Source of the DNA: Octopus bimaculoides
Lineage: Eukaryota
Direction: 5' to 3'
DNA length: 34,939 nucleotides
NCBI RefSeq assembly: GCF_001194135.2
Contig: NC_068990.1
Location: forward strand, 75,659,353 to 75,694,291
In this document: positions 11,523-23,329 of the stretch, one piece after another
Position numbering within the stretch: position 1 is the stretch's first letter
Layout: the number at the start of each line of letters is the position of its first letter
Position numbers and translations under genes: made by a program
Notes under the pieces: generated by a model
What the model was told of the DNA's origin: nothing
Seen by the model: only the letters and a program-made list of their open reading frames with translations
The model's database searches: none

Positions 11523-11966
11523 AACCTCCATTCACCCAGTAATTAAATCCAAGGAAAGGGAGAAACTTGCTCATCTTCAACTCTCCTCAGTTGGCTAGAA
11601 GTCAGTACTTGTGTCCATGTTGAATCTCATCGAATTTCTAGAGGCCGTATTTTACATTTGACAGGCCAAGTAGGGTCTTATTTGAAGTCCCTAGGGGTAT
11701 CTTTATCACGCTTTCATTAAAATTTTTCCGGTTCAAGTAAATACATCTTTGATGTTTACTTCATTCCTTTAGTTAATAAGGTTTGCAAAAGATTCAACCT
11801 TTCCTAAATATTTCTACATTACACGCGACAAACATCAATTTGTTGCAATGGTTCACACGTCACAAAAGCTTCGTCGTTTTCACTTTGTCGTAAAATCGAA
11901 ACTTTTCACAGTTAGAAGTCACGAACATGTGCGTTAGTGTGTTTAACTGAATGCCTGTGTCTACGA

Positions 11967-12000
<34 letters not shown>

Positions 12001-12055
12001 NNNNNNNNNNCGCTTACGTGTATTTTGTTGAAAGCATTTGTCACTGTGTATATTC

Positions 12056-12087
<32 letters not shown>

Positions 12088-12111
12088 ATGTATATATATA
12101 TCCTTCATTCT

Positions 12112-12502
12112 AATAAGGTGTCCAGTCCAACGTAACCGGTGCTAGCAGGATTCCTAAGCAGACGCTATATGGAGAACTTGTGAATAGATGGAGACTCCGG
12201 CAGAAACCAAAGCTGCGATTTAAAGACTGTGCCAAGTCCTCATTAAAGGCCTGTGATATGCAGGACACTGACTGGGAGAACAATGTCTGTCGTCGCCACA
12301 GATGGAGGAAGCAGGTTAAGGAGGGAATCGACACTTTTGAGAGAGCACGTAACCGGCATGAAGAACTTAAGCGAGCTGCGCGAAAGAGCACGGCTCGTAT
12401 AGTGAATGGGGAAAGCTTGGTCTGCAATGTTTGCAGTCATGTATGCTTGTCGTGAGCAGGGCTCATTAGCCACCAACGGAGCCGCAAATGCCAGTTTAGC
12501 CA

Positions 12503-12503
<1 letters not shown>
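12112..12503 (+). mobile_element. RTE-clade (BovB-like) LINE 3' fragment
   Basis: Translation RIPKQTLYGEL..KPKLRFKDCAKSSLKAC..WE..RHRWRKQVKEGIDTFE..KRAARK..CNVCSHVCLS*AGLISHQR matches the RTE ORF C-terminus with its terminal C2H2-like motif. The TGA at 12453 is consistent with CGA decay. Confidence 0.85.
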
Positions 12504-12540
<37 letters not shown>

Positions 12541-12612
12541 ACATACATACATACATACATACATATAGATATATATGGACATATATATATACATATAATT
12601 AAACGTATATAT

Positions 12613-12699
<87 letters not shown>

Positions 12700-13312
12700 T
12701 ATAAACGTAGTTCTTTCAAAATATATCCGATTTTATTTTATCTCGCCAAATCTAATGCCGATGGGCAGAAATCCTTTGTATGGAAACTGACGTCACCTTT
12801 CTTGCACATATTAACAAATTTTCTTGCAAGTAGGCCGCATCAGTTCCCGGCTGTCACGCCTGGAGTACAGACGTGTAGTGCGCGCTCGTTGGATGTCAAT
12901 TTTCACTGAAAGCATCGGATATTGCCTCAAGGTTTACCAAATTCTTGGTAATACTCAAACTCAAACTCAAACTACCCAGAAAATCCAGCAGGACTTTGGT
13001 GACAATGACATGGGCAAAAGTTACATCAAAGAGTGTTACGACTACTTCAACCATGACGACCTCTCAGCGGGGAGCGAGGCTCGCCAAATCAGGCCATCCA
13101 CAAGCCGAAACGTGGAGCCGATTGAGAAATTCGGCGAACATTCATGGAAGACCGTCGTATAAAAATGCAGGTAATTGCTCATGAAGTGGGAATACGCACA
13201 GGATTCCATTTTAACGGAAGATGGAGTGAGCGTGTCTGCGAAGTTCGTTCCGAAAGTGCTGGCGGAGCAGCAGAAGAAACTCCACATGTAAATAACACAG
13301 GACATGCTGGAC
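12700..13312 (+). mobile_element. mariner transposon 5' half (TIR remnant plus HTH region), frameshifted
   Basis: Translations KIQQDFGDNDMGKSYIKECYDYF..RPSTSRN, MEDRRI..IAHEVGI and SILTED..VSAKFVPKVLAEQQK..QDMLD follow the mariner N-terminal/linker consensus (WVPKLL-like motif). Confidence 0.85.
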
Positions 13313-13830
13313 TCGGTGGGTCAGAACGCAGAGTAGACTTTAGTGTCTACCCGCATGGCCTGCCACGACTCTCAGCAAGAGAGGCGGAGTGTTGTGAAAG
13401 ACCCATCACAGCCGCGGACGTACGGGATGCGATGGAAGGCTGCAAGGGAGACAAGTCACCAGGCTTGGATGGTCTGCCCTACGAACTTTATTGTCATATG
13501 CCAGACTTGTTTGGAGGCGACTTGGCAGCTGTATACTGCAACTGGCAGCAAAACGGGAGCATCCCCGTCTTTGTAAAGCGAGGAGCAGTGGCACTACTAA
13601 AGAAAGATCCAAACAAGGGGAACGTCATAGATAATGTTCCGCCCATCACTCTGCTCAACGCAGATTTGAAAATTTTGGCCAAAGTGTTAGCCGAGAGGTT
13701 GGCGCTTGTCATCGAGAAACTAGTCGACAGGGCGCAGACGTGCGCCGTGCCGGGTAGGAGTATCCATGACAACCTCCATCTGATCCGCTACATCATGGAC
13801 AGGGTAGTTAAGGAACCTGGCATGGGTGGA
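13313..13830 (+). mobile_element. Tx1/L1-like non-LTR retrotransposon, RT N-terminal fragment
   Basis: Open frame LPRLS..E..CERPIT..KSPGLDGLPYELY..ITLLNADLKILAKVLAERL..QTCAVPGRSIHDNLHLIR gives classic L1/Tx1 RT motifs 0-2. Confidence 0.92.
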
Positions 13831-13850
13831 TAGATAGATAGATAGGTAGG

Positions 13851-13917
<67 letters not shown>
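13830..13917. repeat. (GATA)n microsatellite
   Basis: Direct reading; runs into a gap. Confidence 0.98.
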
Positions 13918-15661
13918 NNNNNNNNNNNNNNNNNNNNNNNNNNNNNNNNNNNNNNNNNNNNNNNNNNNNNNNNNNNNNNNNNNNNNNNNNNNNNNNNNNN
14001 NNNNNNNNNNNNNNNNNNNNNNNNNNNNNNNNNNNNNNNNNNNNNNNNNNNNNNNNNNNNNNNNNNNNNNNNNNNNNNNNNNNNNNNNNNNNNNNNNNNN
14101 NNNNNNNNNNNNNNNNNNNNNNNNNNNNNNNNNNNNNNNNNNNNNNNNNNNNNNNNNNNNNNNNNNNNNNNNNNNNNNNNNNNNNNNNNNNNNNNNNNNN
14201 NNNNNNNNNNNNNNNNNNNNNNNNNNNNNNNNNNNNNNNNNNNNNNNNNNNNNNNNNNNNNNNNNNNNNNNNNNNNNNNNNNNNNNNNNNNNNNNNNNNN
14301 NNNNNNNNNNNNNNNNNNNNNNNNNNNNNNNNNNNNNNNNNNNNNNNNNNNNNNNNNNNNNNNNNNNNNNNNNNNNNNNNNNNNNNNNNNNNNNNNNNNN
14401 NNNNNNNNNNNNNNNNNNNNNNNNNNNNNNNNNNNNNNNNNNNNNNNNNNNNNNNNNNNNNNNNNNNNNNNNNNNNNNNNNNNNNNNNNNNNNNNNNNNN
14501 NNNNNNNNNNNNNNNNNNNNNNNNNNNNNNNNNNNNNNNNNNNNNNNNNNNNNNNNNNNNNNNNNNNNNNNNNNNNNNNNNNNNNNNNNNNNNNNNNNNN
14601 NNNNNNNNNNNNNNNNNNNNNNNNNNNNNNNNNNNNNNNNNNNNNNNNNNNNNNNNNNNNNNNNNNNNNNNNNNNNNNNNNNNNNNNNNNNNNNNNNNNN
14701 NNNNNNNNNNNNNNNNNNNNNNNNNNNNNNNNNNATATATATATATATATATATATATATACTGTGAAGGGATATGGAGAGGAATGAGAGAACGAGAGAA
14801 AAAGATGTGACTGATAATTACGAAAATTGTGAGCATAGGGAACAGGTGTAGGAGTGGAATATAGAATGGAGAGTAAGGGAAGAGAAATGAATGGAGTGAC
14901 AGACAGTAGCAAACATAACAAGAAATAGAAGGAGAACCATCTTTCAGGAAATTACTGAAACTTTGTTGTCCTAATGCTAAGATAGAAGTGGTAAGCTGCT
15001 TAAAGAACGACGGCAATTTTATAGCAATAAAGTGACTTTTGAGTGGGAATCAAAAGTAGTCAGACCGGATATGAGAAGAAAGTTTCACTGAGTGTATTTC
15101 ACGTCACTCTCATGATTGTGAGACGGCCGGAAATGGATAACATAAGAAGTACTAGAAAATCTTTCACTTAGTTTTCACTGTTGATTAATGGAAGATGTTA
15201 ATAGTTGAAATTTCAAGTAGAAGGGGGGAAGTCCAGTCGACTAAGGCTTATTCGAATTCAAGATGGAGTAAAAACAATGACCAGAATATTTATCTATACT
15301 AAAAGACAAAACATTAAAACAAAACGAAGCAATGTTACGGAAAAAAAAAGATAAATACAAATCCTGACTTTGTAGAATCACACGAGTTAGGATTACTATT
15401 GTTACTATTGTTTAGGGCCCAAAATTAACCTGTACTGACATCCTTTCTATCTAGACCTTCGAAAATATCTTTTAGACAAATTAGACACCATTTCCATATT
15501 TCGATGCAGTAAACATCAAATTTGAGGGTGGTTTGGCTGATATTTTAGACTGCCTGAGCGATCATGTAATGGTATCATCATTATCTTCAGTATGTTTTGC
15601 AAGCAGATAAGTCCCGCTAAATCAAAGTGCATGACTGGTATGTTGCATTATTTATCCTCTG

Positions 15662-15882
15662 AAGGGTGGCGAGTTGGCAGAATCGTTAGCAAACCGGGCG
15701 AAATGCTTATCGGTATTTCGTCTGTCTTTACGTTCTGAGTTCAAATTCCGCTGTAGTCGACTTTGCCTTTCATTCTTTCGGGGTCGATAAATTAAGAACC
15801 AGTTGCGTACTGGGGTCGATTTGATCGACCGGCCCCCTTCCCCAAAAGTTCAGGCCTTGTGCCTAGAGTAGAAAAGATTATT
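15662..15882 (+). mobile_element. SINE family A, near full length
   Basis: AAGGGTGGCGAGTTGGCAGAATCGTTAGC..GTTCTGAGTTCAAATTCC..GGGGTCGAT..GGCCTTGTGCCTAGAGTAGAAAAGATTATT. Confidence 0.92.
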
Positions 15883-16916
15883 TATTCTCTGAACCTAATT
15901 TATTCTCTGAGACATGCAAATATTTATCCCTACCGGTGTACAATTATGTGCATCTTCTTAAGGATTCTCAGTACAGTGATGTCTGTAATTGACTAGCCAA
16001 ATTCGTCTACATACTTCCTGTATCAATTAAAGCGTCATTTGTCATTTCAGCTAACATTGCTTTTATGCCACACAGCAAAATTATTTCTAATTATATTTTT
16101 AATGTTCAATATATTAGAAATATTAATCAGGAATGGCGTATTGTTTCGAAATAATATTGAGCAAATCTATACACAGAAATATGCGTTGTATTTTACTTAC
16201 ATCTACAAGAATTAGCAAAGGGCCATTCTATATATGTCTTGTGTATACGTCTATAAACGTACTCACAATGTACATGTATGCATTTCATATGTCTGCAATA
16301 AAATTAAATAATAAAGATATCGTTGACACTAACTTTACTAGTGAAGTATTCAGAAGATATAACATATGAGAGTGGGAAAATATGTTTTGTGAAGTGTGCC
16401 TTTGCTTTCTTTTTCGATACAAGTATCCTTGGCACCTAAACTGTAATTTGTAATTCCAAGAGCTTCTGCAGAAAGTCTGGGCGACTTTGCTTTTCATCCT
16501 CCCGGCTTTGATAGAACAAAATACAAGTTAAATTTTAGAATGAATTCTGGACAAGATAATCAAAATTTGAGACCAACTTGAACTTGAACTTCAAGATCTC
16601 AAGCCGCAAACTCACAGGCTTCTAGCTAATGTGTACCACGGATGTGGTAGAAGTATGTAAGAGAAAAAACAAAACTTCAATAAATAACAAATTAATTCAT
16701 ACAAGAAAATGGTTCCTGTATGAGGGAGGTGTTTGCATGTGGTGGTTGCATGGATAACAAGAGCACAAAAACATGATTTGATGTAAGGGTTTTGTGGTTC
16801 GGTCAACGCTCCTCATTAACCCTCTGAGTAGCAGCATTATCGAAAGGCGCCGAAATTATAACTACCTGCAGTTGCGAGTCGATGTCAGAAGAATTTCATG
16901 TTAAACATGTTTTGTT

Positions 16917-16991
<75 letters not shown>

Positions 16992-17378
16992 TANNNNNNN
17001 NNNNNNNNNNNNNNNNNNNNNNNNNNNNNNNNNNNNNNNNNNNNNNNNNNNNNNNNNNNNNNNNNNNNNNNNNNNNNNNNNNNNNNNNNNNNNNNNNNNN
17101 NNNNNNNNNNNNNNNNNNNNNNNNNNNNNNNNNNNNNNNNNNNNNNNNNNNNNNNNNNNNNNNNNNNNNNNNNNNNNNNNNNNNNNNNNNNNNNNNNNNN
17201 NNNNNNNNNNNNNNNNNNNNNNNNNNNNNNNNNNNNNNNNNNNNNNNNNNNNNNNNNNNNNNNNNNNNNNNNNNNNNNNNNNNNNNNNNNNNNNNNNNNN
17301 NNNNNNNNNNNNNNNNNNNNNNNNNNNNNNNNNNNNNNNNNNNNNNNNNNNNNNNNNNNNNNNNNNNNNNNNNNNNNN

Positions 17379-17411
<33 letters not shown>

Positions 17412-18988
17412 TTATATATACATACATGCATGCATACATCCATATACACAAACACACACACACCTCTCTCTATATATATATATGTTATGTGATGTGGGGA
17501 TAATATTTTGATGTACAAACTATAAAAGCTACATAAAATTTGTACTAGTTTTGAAACCTGATATTAAAACTGGCTTGAGAATGGAACCCTTGCATTTCAT
17601 TTGTTAACTCTGCAATATAAGTATTCACTTTTAGCGAAACATAATTGTTCTTTTAACTTTATCAAGTAGGCATATATTTATGTTTATACCAATAAAAACT
17701 GTATATTACAGGATCTTTTGTAAAGATATTTGACAAAATTGTTATACCAAATTAATCTTGTTTAATGTAACACGCTATGGTTCAGAGAAAGAGGCTTATT
17801 TTCCGTCTTCAAACCTATACATCACAGAGTTTATGAATAAATTGAAAAGAGAGAAATATATTTTGTTCGTGTTTACACAATTCAGTGTAATATTTTTTTA
17901 ACTTCCTTGAACACTTATTTTGGAAATTATCCCTTATACATAAAGTTCTAAGCACACATTTTCGACTTCCTTTTTCTCATTTGTAATGCTCAATTTAAAC
18001 TATTTTTTGATAAAAATGTCTTGCCTTGTGAAGTTCTGTGGCTTTATGTTATATCTGTAATATATTTTATTGTTGAATTCCTAACAACGGCGAAATCTTT
18101 GCAAGCTTGCAGAGAAAACAAAACCCCATGAAAAAGAAAAAAAAATATGAAAACTGGTAATGAAAGTGAAATTTTCTCACACTAACTTAATTTTACGTTC
18201 ATGCGTTTTATACATAAATATTTTAACAACATCAATACAGCCATTTAATACAATATTCCAAACCAATATTAATAAAAGGCCATAAAATGTTCTTATAGAT
18301 ATTTCTTTTTCTATCTCTACATAACTCCACAAATGTTTAATCATGTAGTTAGCACTTGAAGTGTAAATTAATATGAACTCAACAGAGAAATCTTGGACAC
18401 CTTGAACAACGAATAAACGTAATCTAATAAATCACACCTGAAATACAACAAATAACGATAACTCACCAAGAATATGTTCTTACTTATTCTGACTACAAGA
18501 AAGAACAAGCCTATTATAACCTTTCTTCGGTGCAGAGTGATTGGAACAGAAGTTAATATTCTCGAGACAAACGATTTTGCAGACATGAAAACATAATTTC
18601 AACTACAACATTAACGTTTCCCTTATTTAATTTAAATTTGTTTCAGACTATTAGTCTCCAGAATTATTCGGTCAAGTTGATTTCTATGCAATTCTAGGAT
18701 CGGTTATTTAGTACATACAGTACAACATCGATCTAGATAAGCGATGGCACCTAGTCGTAAGTGCGACGTTCTAATGTTCACATCTCACTGGTATTGATTA
18801 TGGCTTTTATTCCTATGAGAATACTGATAATCGAAACGATACAATAAAATCTATTATACATATTCTCTTTTCCATGAACCGAACAAATATGTATTGCAGT
18901 TATTAGACGAAATATTGTTTAATTACACATACAGGTGTAGAGGTTAATACTGTTCTCGTTTCCGTTTAAGATAAGAAAAGCATATTAC

Positions 18989-19084
18989 GCCGCCATGTTG
19001 AAACAAGTCTGTTTTGCACTTCAGAAAAATACAGTAGTGTTTCTTGGTAGTTTGAAATGTCTACTTCTAATCTCAAGTCATTGG
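18989..19084 (-). promoter_or_regulatory. candidate TATA-less promoter (CCAAT box plus YY1-type motif)
   Basis: Minus strand has CCAAT at 19084-19080 and CAACATGGCGGC at 19000-18989, about 80 bp apart, in non-repetitive DNA. Confidence 0.35.
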
Positions 19085-19274
19085 TTAGATAAAGTAATAA
19101 ATTTTCGCTATTTGTATCTTTTGAAAGTAAATATTTCTGTCGAAGGCCCAGCAATTAAATTAATACATATAAATATTTTCAGACGCTCTCCATGCAAAAC
19201 TAATAGTTACACTACAGTCCATTAATAGAATGCCTAGTGTAACTAGATCTGTTCATGAGGTAAGGAAATAATGG

Positions 19275-19487
19275 TTCTAAATTTCGCTACAAGGCAAGCA
19301 AATTTGGCGCAAATTTGTAAGTCAATTACACCAACACCAGTCTTCTACTGGTTCTTATTTTATTCACCCCGAAAGGATAAAAGGCAAAGTCAACTTCGCC
19401 AGAATTTGAACTCAGCGCGTAAAGACAAACGAAATGCCGCTAAGCATTTTGCCCGGCGTGCTAACGATTCTGCCAGCTCTCCGCCTT
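19275..19487 (-). mobile_element. SINE family A
   Basis: Reverse complement begins AAGGCGGAGAGCTGGCAGAATCGTTAGCACGCCGGGC..CTGAGTTCAAATTCTGGCGAAGTTGACTTTGCC. Confidence 0.92.
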
Positions 19488-19522
19488 GGAGGAAGAAAAT
19501 AATAACAATATTTATCATTTAT

Positions 19523-19667
19523 GTTTTACCTTTTACTTGTTTCAGTCCTTGGACTGCGACCATGCTGGGGCGCGGTCTTGAAGGGTTTAATCTAACAAAT
19601 CGACCCCAGGGCTTATTTTTAAGCTTAGTATTTAGCCTATCGGATTTTTTTACTGGTGGTGACGTAC

Positions 19668-19722
<55 letters not shown>

Positions 19723-19904
19723 GTATGTAAGTATGTATGTATGTATGTATGTATGTATGTATGTATATGACAGGCTTCATCAAATTTTCACTCACAAGGC
19801 TTTGGTCGCTCTGAAGTTATCGAAGAAAGCGTTAGCCCAAAGTGCCAGGCAGTGGGACTGAACCCGCGGTTGGGAAGCAAGCTCATTACTACACAGCCAT
19901 GCCT
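19523..19904 (-). mobile_element. SINE family B with internal (AC)n/(ATGT)n linker
   Basis: Same head-microsatellite-tail layout as 4832-5261. Confidence 0.88.
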
Positions 19905-19953
19905 GTAATGATCTTAATGAATTGTTTATTTATTAAACAGTATTTTTCTACGC

Positions 19954-20319
19954 TGTGGAGGCGCAATGGCTCAGTGGTTAGGGCAGCGGACTCGTGGTCA
20001 TAGGATCGCGGTTTTGATTCCCAGACCGGGCGTTGTGAGTGTTCATTGAGCGAAAACACCTAAAGCTCCCTGAGGCTCCGGCAGAGGATGGTGGCGCACC
20101 CTGCTGTACTCTTGCACTACAACTTTCTCTTACTTCCTGTTTCTGTTGTGCCTGTAATTCACACTGTCAGGCTGAATATCCCCGAGAACTACGTGAAGGG
20201 TACACGTGTCTGTGGAGTGCTCGGCTACTTCCACGTTAATTTCACGAGCAGGCTGTTCCGTTGATCGGATCAACTGGAATCCTCGACGTCGTAAGCGACG
20301 GAGTGCCAACAACAACAAC
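19954..20319 (+). mobile_element. full-length tRNA-headed SINE (family C) with 12-bp TSD and (AAC)n tail
   Basis: A-box TGGCTCAGTGG, B-box-like GGTTTTGATTCC and an (AAC)n tail. The perfect direct repeat ATTTTTCTACGC lies at 19942-19953 and 20320-20331. Confidence 0.93.
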
Positions 20320-20559
20320 ATTTTTCTACGCCAAACAATGTTGTTTATACTTTTACACAGTGATTCCTTCATCACTATTTTGGCAAATTCTCATTCTTCT
20401 TTATCCTTATTCTCTATCATTATCTGCCTATTGTAAAGTCGATAATATAATTTTAATTTTTTTCCAGTTCAGTGCGATATGCAACTACGAACATTTATTT
20501 AACTACTCATAAAGTCATCAGTGAAGTGTAAACTTTCCTATACTTATCGAAGACATAAG

Positions 20560-20990
20560 TGGTGACTGAAAACACAGAACAGAACATTTGGTCAACAGAA
20601 AGAAATTTGAGTAGGTGTATGTTAACAGTAAGTAAAAGTAACAAGGTAACTTGTCACTTATTAAGAGTGCTAAGGATGGAGCAAGACACTGTAAAACGTT
20701 AAAGAAAGATATTGGAAGTTGAGTAGGTCATGTGACCCGACCAAATGAGAAGAGACATTAAAATGTACATAGAATGGCCACTGCGTGGAACAGATCCACG
20801 TACTTAGGAGGAAAGACAGAAGAAAAATAGTAAGATGAAATCGATGAATGTGTAGACGTTACGTGGATAAGTGGAACACAGGATAGAAGCCACTGACACC
20901 AACATGGGGAGGCCTTCACCATGTAGTAGGAAGAACATGATTGAGAATGAAGATGTTGAATGATGATGTTGAATGATGACATACCAAAAA
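20560..20990 (+). mobile_element. degenerate RTE-like LINE 3' end with (GAT)n-like tail
   Basis: Broken translation GHVTRPNE..WPLRG..WISGTQDRSH*HQHGEAFTM* resembles the RTE C-terminal WAGHV.R..W.P..W...AQDR..W...EAF consensus, followed by TGATGATG repeats. Confidence 0.55.
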
Positions 20991-21539
20991 TAATGAGGAA
21001 GAATCGTTACATAGACACCGGGATTACATAATGGAACATGGCATTTCATTTTCTTTAAGTCCGTAAACAGTGATATGCGAAAAATTTGTGTGCTATTTCA
21101 ATCACGAAAATAACCATACAGTATTTTTTTTTTTTTTTGTAAGATTATAGAATAACCAGTGAACTACGCACGATGTTTTTCTTCCCAGTGGTCAGTAGAC
21201 AATAGATTGAATTATATATTGATTCAGAATATAAAAAAATTAACTACTGAATGTAGGCAGGTTAGGAAGGGGAGTCAGTTGAGGTTTGCATGGTTGCCTA
21301 TTGTTTTCGAGATACTTTTATGTTAAAGATTTCTTGTTTTCTAAATTATGAATATTGGTGGTAGGAACATACACGATGTAAGTTCTTACCGAATTACAAC
21401 TTGACCAAACACTAGCTCTAGAGCTTGCTAATTCATACAATTTAGGGATGTCAAGACAAATTCACTTGATGTTATTGCTTTCGATGCCAACAGACGATAA
21501 TGTAAAACTAAAATAAATGGAAAAATCAGTCATTAACTA

Positions 21540-22814
21540 TGAAGGGTGCCCGTTAAAGATTTCCTCTGACCCACTCCCGTTTATTGCAGAAAACAGAACT
21601 TGTACAGGTATGATTATACATGTTTCTACATGTCACATTGTAAATTGCAGTTTTCCTCTCATATTCGTTTGTCTTTTACGGTTGCTGACGTAGACTGAAG
21701 TATTATAATGGAGGCAGTCGAATGCAGATCAATGATCGGGTTCTTATACTTGAAAAGTCGTGCACCAAAAGAGACTTTCGATGAGATGAATGAAGTTTAT
21801 GGTGACAAAGTGCCATCATACGACGTAGAGAAGTACTAGCATCATCATTTCAAGTGTGGTCCGACATCGGTGGAAACTGCTCCTATTTCTGGATGACCAC
21901 ATTCTGCCATTGATGAAGACAACATCCATAAATCGGAAGCCCCCATTTTGGAGAATCGTCGGATAACTATTCGGCAACTAGCCCAAGAAGTGAGGATAAG
22001 TGTAGGGTCCGTGGAAAAATTGTTCACGACCATTTGCACATGCAGAAGTTGTCCGCACGATCGATTTTCTGAATGCTCACACCTTTTCAGAAACAGGAAC
22101 AGGGCAATTACTCCCAGGCTCTTTTGGCAATGTGCCAAGAAAACAAGGACTTTTTCGGCAGACTTATCACACAGGATGATACATGGGTCCATCACTGTGA
22201 TTCAGAGATTAAAGTCCAGTCGAAGCAATGGAAGCATGATAATTCGCCACCTCCAAAGAAGATGCGTGTCCAACCGTCAGCAGGCAAAGTGATGTTCACA
22301 GTCTTTTGGGACCAGTGCGGAGTAGTGATGATAGATTTTCTGTCAAAAGACATTAAAATTAATGAGACATATTATGCTTCTCTACTGCTGATACTGTAGG
22401 ACGCCATCAAAGCAGTGAGGCGTGGCATGCTGACCAAAGGAGTCCGCTTTCTTCAAGACAGCGCCCCAGTTCACAATGCGCTCATTACCCAGATAAAAGC
22501 ACACTCCTGCAGCTATAAAATTCATCCTCATCCTCCTTACACTCCCTATCTCGCCACATCTGATTTCCACCTCTTTCCAACCTTGAAATCTTTTTTGAAG
22601 GTGGAGCACTTTTCGGATGAGGATGAAATTGTTTGCTAGGTAAAGTCTTGGTTCTAGATGCAACCTACCGACTTCTACAGCTGTATAGAGTGATGGGAGA
22701 ACTGTGTTACTATTGGTGGTGGCTATGTAGAGAAGGACTAATAATTATGCCAAGTTTCGTTTATCTCAGTTCTTGAGAAATGGCTCAGGGGAAATCTTTA
22801 ATGAACACCCCTCG
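21540..22814 (+). mobile_element. full-length mariner element (1275 bp) with TIRs and TA target-site duplication
   Basis: Left TIR TGAAGGGTGCCCGTTAAAGATTTCCTCTGA vs reverse-complemented right TIR CGAGGGGTGTTCATTAAAGATTTCCCCTGA (24/30). TA at 21538-39 and 22815-16. Confidence 0.95.
21708..22741 (+). pseudogene. mariner DD34D transposase, disabled by stops and frameshifts
   Basis: MEAVECRSMIGFL..LENRRITIRQLA..ITQDDTWVHH..AGKVMFTVFWD..FLQDSAPVH-(34 aa)-SDFHLFPTLK. Several in-frame stops and frame changes. Confidence 0.93.
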
Positions 22815-23329
22815 TAAATATTGTTCTATTACACGATGCTATAGACATCTGTCATACTGAAACAGGCACGTGTGTGAAATCGGAACTAGTAAGAAGTATA
22901 AAATAGTAAATGTATCAAAATATAGCGTTTTGAGAATCATACTCATGATAAATTTCAAAGAATGAGAAGATAATAAAAATGAAACGAGATCATTTTAATT
23001 TACTATCCTCCTTAAAACGAAAAAAAAAACGCCCGAATTCAACTGTTTATATTGTGAAATATTCAAATATATTTATGTCGTGCGATGCAGAGTTCAAGAA
23101 AATGTATTCGTGTAAAAATCATAGTTAACACGTTCGAAAGTACTCGGACGTGGGAAGACCTTTCAATGCGTAAATAGTCTCAGGAGAAAAGACAAGTGTG
23201 AAAAAAAAAAGGACTGTGAATGATACCCTATGGTACCTCCTGTTTTGTTAAAATATCTTCGATATTTTACATTCAATCACAAGATATTTTCGTTACAGCT
23301 TTGTAACATTGTCATACGAATATTCAAAT

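Noticed and set aside
15085-15140. CACGTCAC (CRE-like) and CCGGAAAT (ETS-like) motifs
   Set aside because: Short motifs expected by chance, with no other promoter evidence.
16820-16870. CTGAGTAG...GCCGAAATTATAAC
   Set aside because: The core does not match CUGANGA, and stems I and II cannot be formed.
19957-20030. tRNA gene
   Set aside because: The A/B boxes belong to SINE heads. There is no acceptor stem or cloverleaf, and the sequence continues into a SINE body with a TSD. The same applies to 26682 and 1266.
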